From Spirochaetia bacterium (lineage in GTDB: Bacteria > Spirochaetota > Spirochaetia > SZUA-6 > Bin103): a stretch of DNA of 64,000 bases. Under the pieces are notes generated by a model that saw only the letters and a list, made by a program, of their open reading frames with translations, made no database searches and was not told the DNA's origin. The first letter of the stretch is position 1, and each line of letters starts with the position of its first letter. Below, piece after piece: positions 56,778 to 64,000 of this stretch. A program made the translations under genes and the position numbers. The DNA lies in NCBI GenBank assembly GCA_965208575.1, contig CBDBOV010000006.1, positions 960,001 to 1,024,000 on the forward strand. Reading direction: 5' to 3'.

Positions 56778-58526
56778 CTACCGCGAGTGCACGTACAAGT
56801 CGCCGAACTCCACCGGCCCGCCGAGGGCGCGCAGTGCGATGGTGTCCGCCGCCCGCCGGCCGATTTCCGACGACACCGCCACCGTGAACTGCTCATCGCC
56901 GTCCACCAGGACGGTGATCGCCCCGTAGCACTTTTGCCCGTCCATCATCTCCGGACAGTTGCGTGGATCGTACAGCGCTTCCACGGTCAAACCGTCCGCC
57001 ATCGACTTGGCGACGTTCCTGCTGTTGCGCCACACAAGCTCGTTGTCGTCCAGCGACTCGTAGAGCTGCACCTGAGTCTCGTCCGTGCCGAAGAATCCGG
57101 GTTCATAGGTGACCCACACCAGGTAGGAGTGGCCGAAGTTCCAGGTGTTCCCCGAAGCGGGCGCTTCCGAGGCCAGGAAGTGCAGCCCGTACCCCATCCT
57201 GTCGCCGCCGTCCACGCGCGCCGACACGCCATACAGGGTCGCCGTAGGCGGCTGCAGCACGTTCGCGAAGGCGAACTTGGCATGGCTCGCTTCCGCGTCG
57301 GTCTGCCTGACGACCGCACCGCCGCCGGAGATGGTCCAGGAGCCCTCGTCCGGAAGCGCGGCGCCGCCGCCGAAACCGTTCACCGCCCGCATGGCGCCGC
57401 GCGAGGTCAGCAACTGGTCGCGCAGCAGCTCGGCAGCCGTCCGCACCCGGTGGCCCTGACCGGTGGTGGCAAAGGCGATCGTGCCATCGCCGCTCACCTT
57501 CAACGACAACGAGTAGGCCGCGCCGCGGACCCCGATATTGGAGATGATCAACTCGTTGGGAGGCACCAGCTCGAGGGCCGGGTTGGAGAAGTCCATGTTC
57601 GGCAGGTCCCCCATGTCGGCCGCGTAGAGCGCCTCCAGTACGGCCTTGTTGTCGCCCGTGTAGCGCACCAGTGCGCCGAACTCCCGGTCGCCGTACCGGA
57701 TCCCGGACAGGTAGATGGCATCCGGGCCGGCGCGCGACACCTCCACCGCGTCGAGATTCACCAGGTTCAGGTCCAAACCGGCCGGAATCGGCACCGGGCG
57801 TCCCTCCGCATCGCGCAGAAGCATTTCTATCTCGGCCTTCTGGGACGTCATCATCGCCTCGGCGTCCGCCAGCTTGGCCTCGGCGTCCGCCAACCGCGCT
57901 TCGGCGTCGGTCGCCTTCGCCGCCACGTCGGTGGCACGGGACGCCACTTCCACCGCTCGCGCCGCAACTTCCGCGACCCGGGCATCCGCGGCCGCGGCTC
58001 TGGCCTCGGCATCCGCCGTTCGCGCCTCCGCGGCAGCCGCTCTGGCCTCGGCGTCCGCCGTTCGGGCTTCCGCGTCCGCCGAGCGGGCCTCGGCATCCGC
58101 GCTGCGGGCATCCGCGGCAGCCGACCTGGCCTCCGCATCCGCGGTGCGCGAGTCCGCGGCAGCCGACCTGGCCTCGGCGTCCGCCGTTCGGGCTTCCGCG
58201 GCGGCAATTCTGGCCTCGGCCTCGGCCTCGGCATCGCTCTGTGCGGCCTCCGCCGCAGCCTGGGCCTCGCTGGCCATCTCCTTGGCTGCCCGCGCGGCCG
58301 CCTCCGCGTCCTTCCTGGCCATCTCTTCGGCCGCGACCTCGGCTTCGAGCGCCTTGACCTCGGACTCCAGGACGGCGACTCGCCGCTCCTCGGCGGTGAC
58401 CTGCTCCTCCGCGGCGTCCTCTTCTGCTTCTTCTGTTTGCCACCCCGCCGGAGACACGCAGCCGGCAAGAACCACGAGTACTCCGGCGATGGCCACGAGC
58501 ACGATACCGATACCCGTTTTGATCAT
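56778..58526 (-). CDS. Putative lipoprotein with Ala-rich coiled-coil stalk and beta-rich C-terminal domain
   Basis: LAGC lipobox; AEAR(T/S/A)A(D/A) heptads; GGAGGA RBS. Confidence 0.7.
   Translation of the reverse strand: MIKTGIGIVLVAIAGVLVVLAGCVSPAGWQTEEAEEDAAEEQVTAEERRVAVLESEVKALEAEVAAEEMARKDAEAAARAAKEMASEAQAAAEAAQSDAEAEAEARIAAAEARTADAEARSAAADSRTADAEARSAAADARSADAEARSADAEARTADAEARAAAAEARTADAEARAAAADARVAEVAARAVEVASRATDVAAKATDAEARLADAEAKLADAEAMMTSQKAEIEMLLRDAEGRPVPIPAGLDLNLVNLDAVEVSRAGPDAIYLSGIRYGDREFGALVRYTGDNKAVLEALYAADMGDLPNMDFSNPALELVPPNELIISNIGVRGAAYSLSLKVSGDGTIAFATTGQGHRVRTAAELLRDQLLTSRGAMRAVNGFGGGAALPDEGSWTISGGGAVVRQTDAEASHAKFAFANVLQPPTATLYGVSARVDGGDRMGYGLHFLASEAPASGNTWNFGHSYLVWVTYEPGFFGTDETQVQLYESLDDNELVWRNSRNVAKSMADGLTVEALYDPRNCPEMMDGQKCYGAITVLVDGDEQFTVAVSSEIGRRAADTIALRALGGPVEFGDLYVHSR
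57860..58260. repeat. 21-bp-periodic coding repeats (AEARxAD)
   Basis: Recurrent GGCCTCGGCRTCCGC units. Confidence 0.8.
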
Positions 58527-58750
58527 TGCAACTTCCTCCACAATCTATCCGTTAGACAACATTATCCGTTCGACAACCGGCGCGGGCGGAATTGCCTCGC
58601 CGCAGCTATTTTCTACGAAGTCCGGGCTTTGTCAAACACAGTGTCCCATTCAGCACACCATGTCCAACAACCACCGCACCCAGTCCCATCGTTACAGGAG
58701 ATAGGAGAGGTCCGGCGGGGAGCTTGACAATAGCGTACCGCTGCTCTTGT

Positions 58751-59137
58751 ATGGGCCGGCTGATGGCGCGAGACCCGGAACACGACTTCCCCCGTCTGTT
58801 CAGCGTAATGGAAGCGCAGCGGACGCTACCACTGGTGCGCTCGATTGTACAGGATATTCTCGACCTCGGGGCGCAGGCGCGCGACGTGGTATCGGGACGC
58901 TCCGACCAATTCACCATCGAGGAACTGCAGGATCGGCTTCGCGAGCATCTTTCCGAGCTGGCCGGCATCGGCTGCTACTACAAGGACTGGAACTTCCGGA
59001 TCGGGCTGGTGGACTTTCCGGCGCTGATCGACGGCGAGGTGGTATTCCTGTGCTGGCGCAGCGACGAGCCGGAGCTGCGCTACTATCACCGCATCGAAGA
59101 TGGCTACGCCGGCCGGCGCCGCCTGCCGCACACCTGA
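58751..59137 (+). CDS. DUF2203 family protein
   Basis: FSVMEAQRTLPLV, GLVDFPA, LCWRSDEPEL.YYH..DGYAGR. Confidence 0.8.
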   Translation: MGRLMARDPEHDFPRLFSVMEAQRTLPLVRSIVQDILDLGAQARDVVSGRSDQFTIEELQDRLREHLSELAGIGCYYKDWNFRIGLVDFPALIDGEVVFLCWRSDEPELRYYHRIEDGYAGRRRLPHT

Positions 59138-59246
59138 CCCTCGCGCTCACCGCGGCGCGCCGCGCAGCCGTGGCGCACCCCGGCCGCGCACCGGGAGCGT
59201 CCCTCGACTGCAGCCTGCGGGTTCGCCGCGGGCCGCTGCGCCGCGG

Positions 59247-59909
59247 TCAACTCTCACGCGCCTCCCGGATCAGCGTCAGCGCGGTGCGCACGTTGGCGGT
59301 GATCGCCCGGTATTCGCCGGCGACGACCAACTCGCGCCGCACCAGGTCGCTGCCCATGCCGACGCAGCAGGCGCCGGCGGCGAACCACTCGGCCAGGCTC
59401 TCGGCGGTCAACTGCACCCCGCCGGTGGGCATGAGCCGCGACCACGGCATCGGTCCGAGCACGTCCCTGATGAACGCCGGGCCGCCCACCTTGCCGGGAA
59501 ACACCTTCACGATCTCCGCTCCCCACTCCTCGGCGGTGGCGATCTCGGTGGGCGTCGCACAGCCGGGCAGGTAGGGGATGCGCCGGCGGTTGCACAGCCG
59601 CGCCACCTCGACGTTGAAGATCGGGCTCACCACGAACCGGGCGCCGGCGGCAATGAACAGCGCGGCGGTGGGCGCGTCGAGGACCGATCCCACGCCGAGG
59701 CTGGCGGCTCCGTCGAATTCGGGGCGCCCCGCGAGCGCCTGGAACACGCGCAGCGCTCCCGGCCCCCGGTTGGTGAATTCCACCGCCACGGCTCCCCCTT
59801 CCACCAGGGCGGCCGCCACGCCGCCGGCAACCGTCTCATCGCCGTGGTAGAACAGCGGTACCAGCCCAGCGGCCAGCACCGCTCGATACCACTCCAGGCG
59901 ATCGTGCAT
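59247..59909 (-). CDS. eda: KDPG/KHG aldolase
   Basis: EFTNR, GARFVVSP, PGCATPTE, KVFP, MPTGGV. Confidence 0.9.
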   Translation of the reverse strand: MHDRLEWYRAVLAAGLVPLFYHGDETVAGGVAAALVEGGAVAVEFTNRGPGALRVFQALAGRPEFDGAASLGVGSVLDAPTAALFIAAGARFVVSPIFNVEVARLCNRRRIPYLPGCATPTEIATAEEWGAEIVKVFPGKVGGPAFIRDVLGPMPWSRLMPTGGVQLTAESLAEWFAAGACCVGMGSDLVRRELVVAGEYRAITANVRTALTLIREARES

Positions 59910-61361
59910 CTACGAGGTACCGTTGCCGCCCGCGCCGTGGGTCGGCACCACCCCAGGCACGCCGAAGTAGCGCGCCGCGTTGTCGAAGCAGATGTCCCGC
60001 ACGATGCCGCCGAGGTGCGGGTAGTCGGCCGGCAGCACGCCGCGCTCGATGTCGTCCCCGAACAGATCGCACAGCAGGCGCCTGAAGTAGTCGTGGCGCG
60101 GGTAGGAGAGGAAGCTGCGCGAATCGGTGACCATGCCGACGAAGGCGCTGATCACGCCGCTGTTGGACAGTGCCGCCATCTGCGCACGCATGCCGTCGAT
60201 CTGGTCGTTGAACCACCACGCGGTGCCGAACTGCATTTTGCCGCGCACCGTGCCATCCTGGAAGTTGCCGATCATCGCCGCCACCAGGTCGTTGTCACTC
60301 GGGTTCAGGTTGTACAGGATGGTCTTCGCCAACCGCCCGTCGCGGTCCAGTTGGTCGAGGAAGCGCGCCAGCGACCTGGCCTGCGCCGTGTCGCCGATGC
60401 TGTCGAACCCGGTATCGGGGCCCAGCACCGAGCCGAGCCGGGTGTTGAGATTGCGCATGACGCCGATATGGTACTGCTGCGTCCAGCCGCGCGCGGCGTC
60501 CATCACCGCCAGCTCGTACAGCAGCGCCGACTGCAGCACGCGCAGTTCGCCGGCTGCGAGCGCCGTGCCGGCGCGTACCTTGGCGAACGCCGCCGCGGCG
60601 GAGGCGGCAGTGAACGGGTCGGCGCAGATCTCCTCCATGCCGTGGTCCGACAGCCGGCAGCCCTGTTCGTGGAACCAGGCGTGCCGCCGCTGCAAGGCTT
60701 GCAGCAGGTCGTCGTAGCCGGCGATGTCGATACCGGCGGCGGCGGCGAGCCGGTCCAGGTAGGCGTTGTAGGCATCCGGGTCGGCCGCGGCCAGCGCCTT
60801 GTCGGGCCGGAACGCCGGCGCGACGACCACCGTGAGCGCGGGGTCGGCGGCGATGCGGCGGTGCGCGGCGAGGTCGTCGGCGGGGTCGTCGGTGGTGCAG
60901 ATGGCGCGCACGTCGAAGTCCTCCAGCAGGCCGCGCACGCGCAGCGCGTCGGTGGCGAGCAACTCGTTGCAGCGGTCGTACACGGCGTCGGCATTGGCGG
61001 GCGTGAGCAGCTCGTCGATCCCGAATGGGCGGCGCAGCTCCATGTGGGTCCAGTGGTACACCGGGTTGCGGATGGTGTACGGCACCACCTCCGCCCAGGC
61101 ACGGAACTTGGCGCGGTCGCCGGCGCCGCCGGTGATCAGCTCCTCGCCGACGCCGAGGGCGCGCATCACCCGCCACTTGTAGTGGTCGTCCCCCAGCCAG
61201 ATCTCGGTGAGGTTCGCGAACCGGTGATTGTCGGCGATCTGCTCCGGCGGCAGGTGGCAGTGGTAGTCGAAGATCGGCATCGCCCGCGCGTAGTCGAAGT
61301 ACAGGCGCCGCGCCGCGTCGCTGCCGAGCAGAAAGTGTTCGCCTTGGAAGCCGCCGGCCAT
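59910..61361 (-). CDS. uxaC: Uronate isomerase
   Basis: DYHCHL, DHYKWR, TTDDP, FRPD, WWFND, TDSRSFLSYPRHDYFRR. Confidence 0.95.
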   Translation of the reverse strand: MAGGFQGEHFLLGSDAARRLYFDYARAMPIFDYHCHLPPEQIADNHRFANLTEIWLGDDHYKWRVMRALGVGEELITGGAGDRAKFRAWAEVVPYTIRNPVYHWTHMELRRPFGIDELLTPANADAVYDRCNELLATDALRVRGLLEDFDVRAICTTDDPADDLAAHRRIAADPALTVVVAPAFRPDKALAAADPDAYNAYLDRLAAAAGIDIAGYDDLLQALQRRHAWFHEQGCRLSDHGMEEICADPFTAASAAAAFAKVRAGTALAAGELRVLQSALLYELAVMDAARGWTQQYHIGVMRNLNTRLGSVLGPDTGFDSIGDTAQARSLARFLDQLDRDGRLAKTILYNLNPSDNDLVAAMIGNFQDGTVRGKMQFGTAWWFNDQIDGMRAQMAALSNSGVISAFVGMVTDSRSFLSYPRHDYFRRLLCDLFGDDIERGVLPADYPHLGGIVRDICFDNAARYFGVPGVVPTHGAGGNGTS

Positions 61362-61583
61362 GACGGGGCCATTCTACGGCAGGACGGCGCAGGAGCGTAA
61401 GGCGGAACGAACGGCGCGGCACGGTGCGGGGCGGTTCCGGTGCGGGGCGCGCACCTGGCCCGGCGCGCGCCGGTGGCGACAGGATCCGCCGCGCAGCGCG
61501 GACGCCGAGAGCCGGTACGCGCGGCGGCCGGGCGCGCCGGTGGAGCAGAATGCCGGCCGCCGGTAGAGTGCAGCGGCACCCCG

Positions 61584-62453
61584 ATGATCTCTGCAAGCTC
61601 ACCGCCGCGCCTGCTCGCGGTGGACCTCGACGGTACCCTGTTGAACCCGGACAGTGAAATCGGCGCCGCCGACGCGGCGGCCCTGCGGCGCGCCGCGGAT
61701 GGCGGCATGGTGGTGCTGATCGCGACCGGACGCGGCCACCACAGCGTCATGCGGTTGCGGGGGGTGCTGAAGGAGCTGGCGGTGCCGGCCTACCTGGCCC
61801 TGCACAACGGCGCGCTGGTACTGGATCCGTCCGGCGCCGAGCTGTGGCGCAGCGCGATGGGCACCGAGGCGGTCGCCGCCGCGCTGCCGCTGGTGCGGGG
61901 GGCGGGGCTGCATCCGATGCTGTACGTGGGCGTGGCCGGCGGCCGCGGTCCCGACGTGACGCTGGTGCTGGAGGAAGCCGCCCGCCGCTCGCCGCTCGCG
62001 CAGTTCTACCTGCGCACCAAGGAGCGCATCCTGGAAGTGGTGGACGACGTGGCGGCAGCGGCGCACCGCGGCGTCCTGGGCATCGTGAGCTTCGGCACGC
62101 GCGCCGGGGTGGTGGCGGGCGCCGCGGCCCTGGCGCACCTGGACGGGCGCATGGTGAGCTGGTGGGGGCCGTTCCCGTCCGCCGACGCGCTGGAGGCGGT
62201 GGCGCCCGACGGCACCAAGGGGCGCGCCGTACAGCGGCTGACCGAGCGGCTCGGGCTGGCCCCGCGCGATGTGCTGGCAATCGGCGACAACTCCAATGAC
62301 CTCGACATGCTGCGCTACGCGGGTACCGCCGTAGCCATGGGCAACGCCACGCCCGAGGTGCGCGCCGCCGCCCACTTCGTCACCGCCGGCAACACCGATG
62401 CGGGCGTCGCCGCGGCCCTGGAACGCGTCAATGGGGCGCGCGCGGACGGGTAG
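61584..62453 (+). CDS. Cof-type HAD-IIB hydrolase
   Basis: DLDGTLL, ATGR, NGA, K, GDNSNDLDM, AMGNA. Confidence 0.88.
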   Translation: MISASSPPRLLAVDLDGTLLNPDSEIGAADAAALRRAADGGMVVLIATGRGHHSVMRLRGVLKELAVPAYLALHNGALVLDPSGAELWRSAMGTEAVAAALPLVRGAGLHPMLYVGVAGGRGPDVTLVLEEAARRSPLAQFYLRTKERILEVVDDVAAAAHRGVLGIVSFGTRAGVVAGAAALAHLDGRMVSWWGPFPSADALEAVAPDGTKGRAVQRLTERLGLAPRDVLAIGDNSNDLDMLRYAGTAVAMGNATPEVRAAAHFVTAGNTDAGVAAALERVNGARADG

Positions 62454-62544
62454 CCGTCCACCGCCGCGCTGATGGCCGGGCCACGGCGGCCACGGCGTCC
62501 GGCTCTTGTTCGGTGGCGGGGAAAACCGCACACTGGCGGCCGAC

Positions 62545-62994
62545 ATGCTGACCTTCCCGCTGATTCATCCCGACATGCTGCGCGTGCTCGGGCGCGCCGG
62601 ACACGGCTCGCAGATTCTGATCGCCGACGGCAACTACCCGTTCCGCACCACGCTCGGTCCGAACGCGGAACTGGTGAGCCTCAACCTGTCGCCCGGCGTC
62701 GTGTCCGCCACCGACGTGCTCGCCGCGCTGGTGTCCGCCGTACCGATCGAGGCGGCCGCCGTGATGGCCTACGCCACCGAGGGACCGTACGGCATGGCCG
62801 AGGATCCGCCGATATGGAACGAGTTCCGCGCCATTCTGGCGGCGGGCGGATTCACCGACCCGTTCGAACGGATCGAGCGCTTCGCGTTCTACGATGCGGG
62901 GCGCGGGCGGGACGTGGCGCTGGCGGTCGCCACCGCCGAGCAGCGCATCTACGGCAACGTGCTGCTCACCATCGGCGTCATCAAGCCGGACTAG
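62545..62994 (+). CDS. RbsD/FucU family mutarotase
   Basis: GHGSQILIADGNYP, ERFAFY, ATAEQRIYGN. Confidence 0.85.
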   Translation: MLTFPLIHPDMLRVLGRAGHGSQILIADGNYPFRTTLGPNAELVSLNLSPGVVSATDVLAALVSAVPIEAAAVMAYATEGPYGMAEDPPIWNEFRAILAAGGFTDPFERIERFAFYDAGRGRDVALAVATAEQRIYGNVLLTIGVIKPD

Positions 62995-63055
62995 ACCGGC
63001 GACGACCCTGGGCCGGCCGGGCCGGAAGCGGCGCCGCAGGCGGCGGTTTCGGGCG

Positions 63056-64000
63056 CTAGCCGCCGATGCGGCGCGCCACGTCGATCGCGAAGTAGGTAAG
63101 AATCATGTCCGCCCCGGCGCGCTTGATCGCGGTCACCGTCTCCATGACCACGGCCGCCTCGTCGAGCCAGCCGTTGGCCGCGGCCGCCTTGATCATCGCG
63201 TACTCGCCGCTCACCTGGTACGCCGCCACCGGCACCATCGACTCCTGCTTGACCGCCGCGATCACGTCCAGGTAGGGCAGCGCCGGCTTCACCATCACCA
63301 TGTCGGCACCCTCGTCGAGGTCGAGCAGCACCTCGCGCAGCGCCTCGCGGCGATTGGCCGGGTCCATCTGGTAGCTCTTCTTGTCGCCGTGCTTGGGAGC
63401 CGAGTCGAGCGCGTCGCGGAACGGCCCGTAGAACGCCGACGCGTACTTGGCGCTGTAGGCCAGGATCCCGGTATCGGTGAAACCGGCGTCGTCGAGCGCG
63501 TCGCGAATGAAGCCCACCCGGCCATCCATCATGTCGGAGGGGGCCACCAGGTCGGCGCCGGCCTCTGCCTGCGACACCGCCATGCCGCACAGGATGTCGA
63601 CGCTGGGATCGTTCAGGATCTCGCCCTCCATCACCAGGCCGTCGTGGCCGTCGCTGGAATAGGGATCCATCGCCACGTCGGTGATCACCAGCAGGTCCGG
63701 CACCGCCTGCTTGAGGTCGGCAACGGTAGACTGCAGCAGGCCGTCGGGGTTGGCGCCCTCGGTGGCGTGCGAGTCCTTGAGCGCCTCGCCGATGACCGGA
63801 AACAGCGCCACCGCCGGGATGCCGAGGGCATGCGCGGTACGCGCCTGGGCGACGATGCGGTCTCGGCTCAGGCGGCTGGCCCCCGGCATCGACGCCACCG
63901 GCTCGCGTACGTCGCGGCCGTCGACCACGAACAGGGGCAGGATCAGGTCGGCGGGGGTAAGGTACGTCTCCCGCACCAATGCCCGCAACGCCGCCGTACG
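63056..64000 (-). CDS. hemB: Porphobilinogen synthase (5' end beyond window), Asp-rich non-Zn type
   Basis: DVAMDPYSSDGHDG, PSDMMDGR, YGPFRDA, MVKP, AYQVSGEY. Confidence 0.95.
   Translation of the reverse strand, partial: RTAALRALVRETYLTPADLILPLFVVDGRDVREPVASMPGASRLSRDRIVAQARTAHALGIPAVALFPVIGEALKDSHATEGANPDGLLQSTVADLKQAVPDLLVITDVAMDPYSSDGHDGLVMEGEILNDPSVDILCGMAVSQAEAGADLVAPSDMMDGRVGFIRDALDDAGFTDTGILAYSAKYASAFYGPFRDALDSAPKHGDKKSYQMDPANRREALREVLLDLDEGADMVMVKPALPYLDVIAAVKQESMVPVAAYQVSGEYAMIKAAAANGWLDEAAVVMETVTAIKRAGADMILTYFAIDVARRIGG

Noticed and set aside
54462-58727. 1421-aa plus-strand ORF and similar long ORFs (47838-49967, 51262-53337, 59100-61400, 43091-45079)
   Set aside because: Antisense shadows of well-supported genes in high-GC DNA; no motifs

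Overview
High-GC bacterial chromosomal window, possibly Spirochaetota. That assignment is inference from the Cys-less '...LWA-A/G-xEE' signal peptides on the solute-binding proteins (SBPs). The left 35 kb carries five family-5 (Dpp/Opp) ABC cassettes (SBP-dppB-dppC), none with an ATPase gene. One cassette is broken by an IS110 element, one SBP is frameshifted, and there are dppC scars. Catabolic oxidoreductases and many toxin-antitoxin/defence modules or remnants are interspersed (AbiE, Phd-like, Rpn-like PD-(D/E)XK, HicAB, Uma2, DUF6922/AbiEii, ABC-ATPase + DUF4276). The right half holds ppk2, an FMN-riboswitch-controlled rib operon (ribD, ribE-ribB fusion, ribH, no ribA), a DtxR-type regulator, amidase, GH32, hisD, a heptad-repeat lipoprotein, eda/uxaC and hemB. 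Most notable: (1) a conserved, unannotated leader module (short peptide R-x4-Q-x3-RLA-xx-RP, poly-C tract, hairpins) about 450-600 nt upstream of four SBP genes; (2) an IS110 whose non-coding end contains guide-like matches to its own target and donor junctions (bridge-RNA-like), with Thr at the usual catalytic Ser position; (3) a 6.5-kb transporter islet bounded by 25-bp direct repeats. No rRNA, tRNA or CRISPR array was seen.
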